From: Bacteroidia bacterium
Lineage (GTDB): Bacteria > Bacteroidota > Bacteroidia > NS11-12g > UBA955
Assembly: GCA_030158725.1 (NCBI GenBank)
Contig: JAOASJ010000101.1
Span: 26,101-90,100, forward strand
DNA: 64,000 nt
Direction: 5' to 3'
The stretch's first letter is position 1. Every line of letters starts with the position of its first letter. Both the position numbers and the translations under genes were made by a program. The notes beneath the pieces were generated by a model. That model was not told the origin of the DNA and ran no database searches. It saw only the letters and a list, made by a program, of their open reading frames with translations. Below are positions 62,440 to 64,000 of the stretch, piece by piece.

Positions 62440-64000
62440 ATGACATTCAATATGAGACGAATTGTATTGCTGGCAATACTGCTTCAACCAACCTTGTTTT
62501 TGCTAGCTGGTAAACCAACAAAAGACACTACTTTGTTTAACTATGGTAACAAAACGGTTACAACCAAAGAGTTTTATAAAGGTTTCTCTAAAAATAAAGA
62601 TAAAGGATATGTATCAAAAGCTTCAGAGGTAGACGAATACCTTGAACTTTACAAAAAATTCAAATTGAAGGTACAAGATGCTTATGACCAAGGATTAGAT
62701 ACCACAGAAGATTTTAAAACGGAGTTAGCTACTTACAGAAAACAAATTGCAAAACCATATTTAACAGACAAAGTTGTTAACGAGCAATTGGTGAATGAGG
62801 CCTACGAGCGTATGAAATACGAAGTAAAAGCTAGTCATATTTTGATTGTAGTTAGACCTTTTGCCTCTCCTCAAGATACTTTAATCGCTCTTAACAAAAT
62901 CATTTCAATCCGCAATAAAATTGACAGTGGTTTAAGTTTTGAAAACGCAGCAGTTGAATTCAGTGAAGATCCTTCAGCACCAAACAATCAAGGTAGCTTA
63001 GGGTATTTTACGGCTTTTCAAATGATTTATGAGTTTGAGAATTATGCATTCAATACACCAGTAGGGAAAATTTCAAGAGTATTTAGAACTGAATTTGGAT
63101 ACCATATTGTAAAAGTTTTTGATAAAAGATTATCTAAAGGTGAGATTTCTGTTCGCCAGATTAAAATTGAAATGAATCCAAATCCTTCTCAAGAAGAGGT
63201 GTTGGAGGCGGAAGCCAAAATCAATGAAGTATACAAAAAACTTCAAAATGGCGAAAAATTTGTTTCTTTGGTTCAACAATATTCAGAAGACGCTTCTAGT
63301 GTTTTGAAGAATGGTGAGCTGCCTTTGTTTTCAATGACAAGTGTTAGATACCCTGAAAATTTCAAGAATACTGCTTTTAGTTTGTTAAAAGATGGTGACT
63401 ATTCTAGCCCAATTCAAACAGCAAATGGCTTCCATATTTTGCAAAGAATTTCTTTGAAACCTATTGATTCTCTTAGTAAAATCAAAGGAAGTATCTTAAA
63501 TAAAATAAGTCGTGATAGTAGACAATATAGAAATACTTTAGCTGTGTATGAGAAAGCTAAGAAAATGTACAAGTTTAAAGAAAACAAGAAGTATAATGCT
63601 ATCTTGCTTAAATACATTGATGATGCCTTGTTAATTGGTGAATTGAAAGAGGATAGTGTAAAAATGAAATCTCCTGAATCATCTGTTAGCTTATTTGCAT
63701 TGAACAAAGCTAAGAAGACTTACACAGTAAAAGATTTTACTAAATGGTTGGTAGAAGTTCAAAAACCAAGCAATTCAAAATCTAAGTCAAGCGTAATCGA
63801 GCAATACTATCAAGCTTTTAGACTGCAAAATATTATGGAATTTTACGAGAATGACTTGGAAAATACCAATGACACATTTGCTGCTTTGTACAAAGAATAT
63901 AAAGAAGGAATCTTGTTGTTTACCTTAACAGATAAAAAAGTTTGGAGCAAAAGTGCGGAAGATACCGTTGGATTAAAAAACTTTTACAATGAGCATTCAA
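62440..64000 (+). CDS. SurA/PpiD-like parvulin peptidyl-prolyl isomerase (3' end beyond the window)
   Basis: The frame stays open from the ATG at 62440 (an alternative ATG is at 62452) to the window end, which is why the ORF track misses it. It has a signal peptide MRRIVLLAILLQ and two PPIC-type blocks (ASHILI...EFSEDPSAPNNQGSLGYF...GYHIVKV and a second NGFHILQ). Confidence 0.85.
   Translation, partial: MTFNMRRIVLLAILLQPTLFLLAGKPTKDTTLFNYGNKTVTTKEFYKGFSKNKDKGYVSKASEVDEYLELYKKFKLKVQDAYDQGLDTTEDFKTELATYRKQIAKPYLTDKVVNEQLVNEAYERMKYEVKASHILIVVRPFASPQDTLIALNKIISIRNKIDSGLSFENAAVEFSEDPSAPNNQGSLGYFTAFQMIYEFENYAFNTPVGKISRVFRTEFGYHIVKVFDKRLSKGEISVRQIKIEMNPNPSQEEVLEAEAKINEVYKKLQNGEKFVSLVQQYSEDASSVLKNGELPLFSMTSVRYPENFKNTAFSLLKDGDYSSPIQTANGFHILQRISLKPIDSLSKIKGSILNKISRDSRQYRNTLAVYEKAKKMYKFKENKKYNAILLKYIDDALLIGELKEDSVKMKSPESSVSLFALNKAKKTYTVKDFTKWLVEVQKPSNSKSKSSVIEQYYQAFRLQNIMEFYENDLENTNDTFAALYKEYKEGILLFTLTDKKVWSKSAEDTVGLKNFYNEHS

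Noticed and set aside
63414-63707. 97-aa minus-strand ORF near the window end
   Set aside because: It is antisense to the open-ended parvulin PPIase frame, which the track misses because that frame has no stop in the window.
1-64000. Mobile elements, CRISPR arrays, tRNA/rRNA genes, toxin-antitoxin pairs or classic defence genes
   Set aside because: I saw no transposase, integrase, recombinase, Cas-like, nuclease/ATPase defence-type or phage structural proteins among the translated ORFs. There are no spaced direct repeats typical of CRISPR, and no intergenic region has tRNA-like cloverleaf potential. The only tandem repeat is the coding 42-bp array. The window looks like core chromosome rather than an island.

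Overview
AT-rich 64-kb chromosomal segment that reads as core genome of a Bacteroidota bacterium, probably Flavobacteriia- or Cryomorphaceae-like. The phylum call rests on three things: no Shine-Dalgarno sequences, more than 20 TAnnTTTG -7 promoter boxes lying 4-30 nt upstream of start codons, and T9SS-type C-terminal sorting domains on secreted proteins. I count 55 protein-coding genes, two of them cut by the window edges. I found no rRNA, tRNA, CRISPR array, transposase or integrase. Confidently recognised housekeeping genes are purE, purK, purS, class II RNR nrdJ, recR, maf, iscS-iscU-iscA, dxs, guaB, cysS, pssA, methylmalonyl-CoA epimerase, a fused E1 alpha/beta 2-oxoacid dehydrogenase, apbE and a parvulin PPIase. 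There are many secreted or outer-membrane proteins and peptidases of families S15 (CocE/NonD), M48, M1 and M16. The most unusual locus is a two-gene operon at 30565..31354. It encodes a SET-domain lysine methyltransferase immediately followed by a 117-aa protein made almost entirely of Lys/Ala/Pro repeats (histone-H1-tail-like), encoded by a 42-bp tandem repeat array. I read this as a candidate writer-plus-substrate bacterial chromatin-mark module. Other points worth a second look: archaeal-type GGGP synthase co-transcribed with a GT-C-like membrane protein, plus a DGGGPS-like UbiA prenyltransferase 7 kb away; an orphan phosphosulfolactate synthase (ComA) operon; a tightly coupled GT2/degenerate-PGT, acyl-CoA ligase and WecA-like operon; an M1 peptidase with an Omp85-like C-terminal half; -7 boxes only 4 nt from start codons, suggesting leaderless mRNAs; and two GTCAA-N5-TTGAC palindromes in intergenic DNA. 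Several longest-ORF starts in the supplied track are overcalls, because promoter boxes lie inside them. All family assignments come from motif recognition by eye and were not checked against any database.
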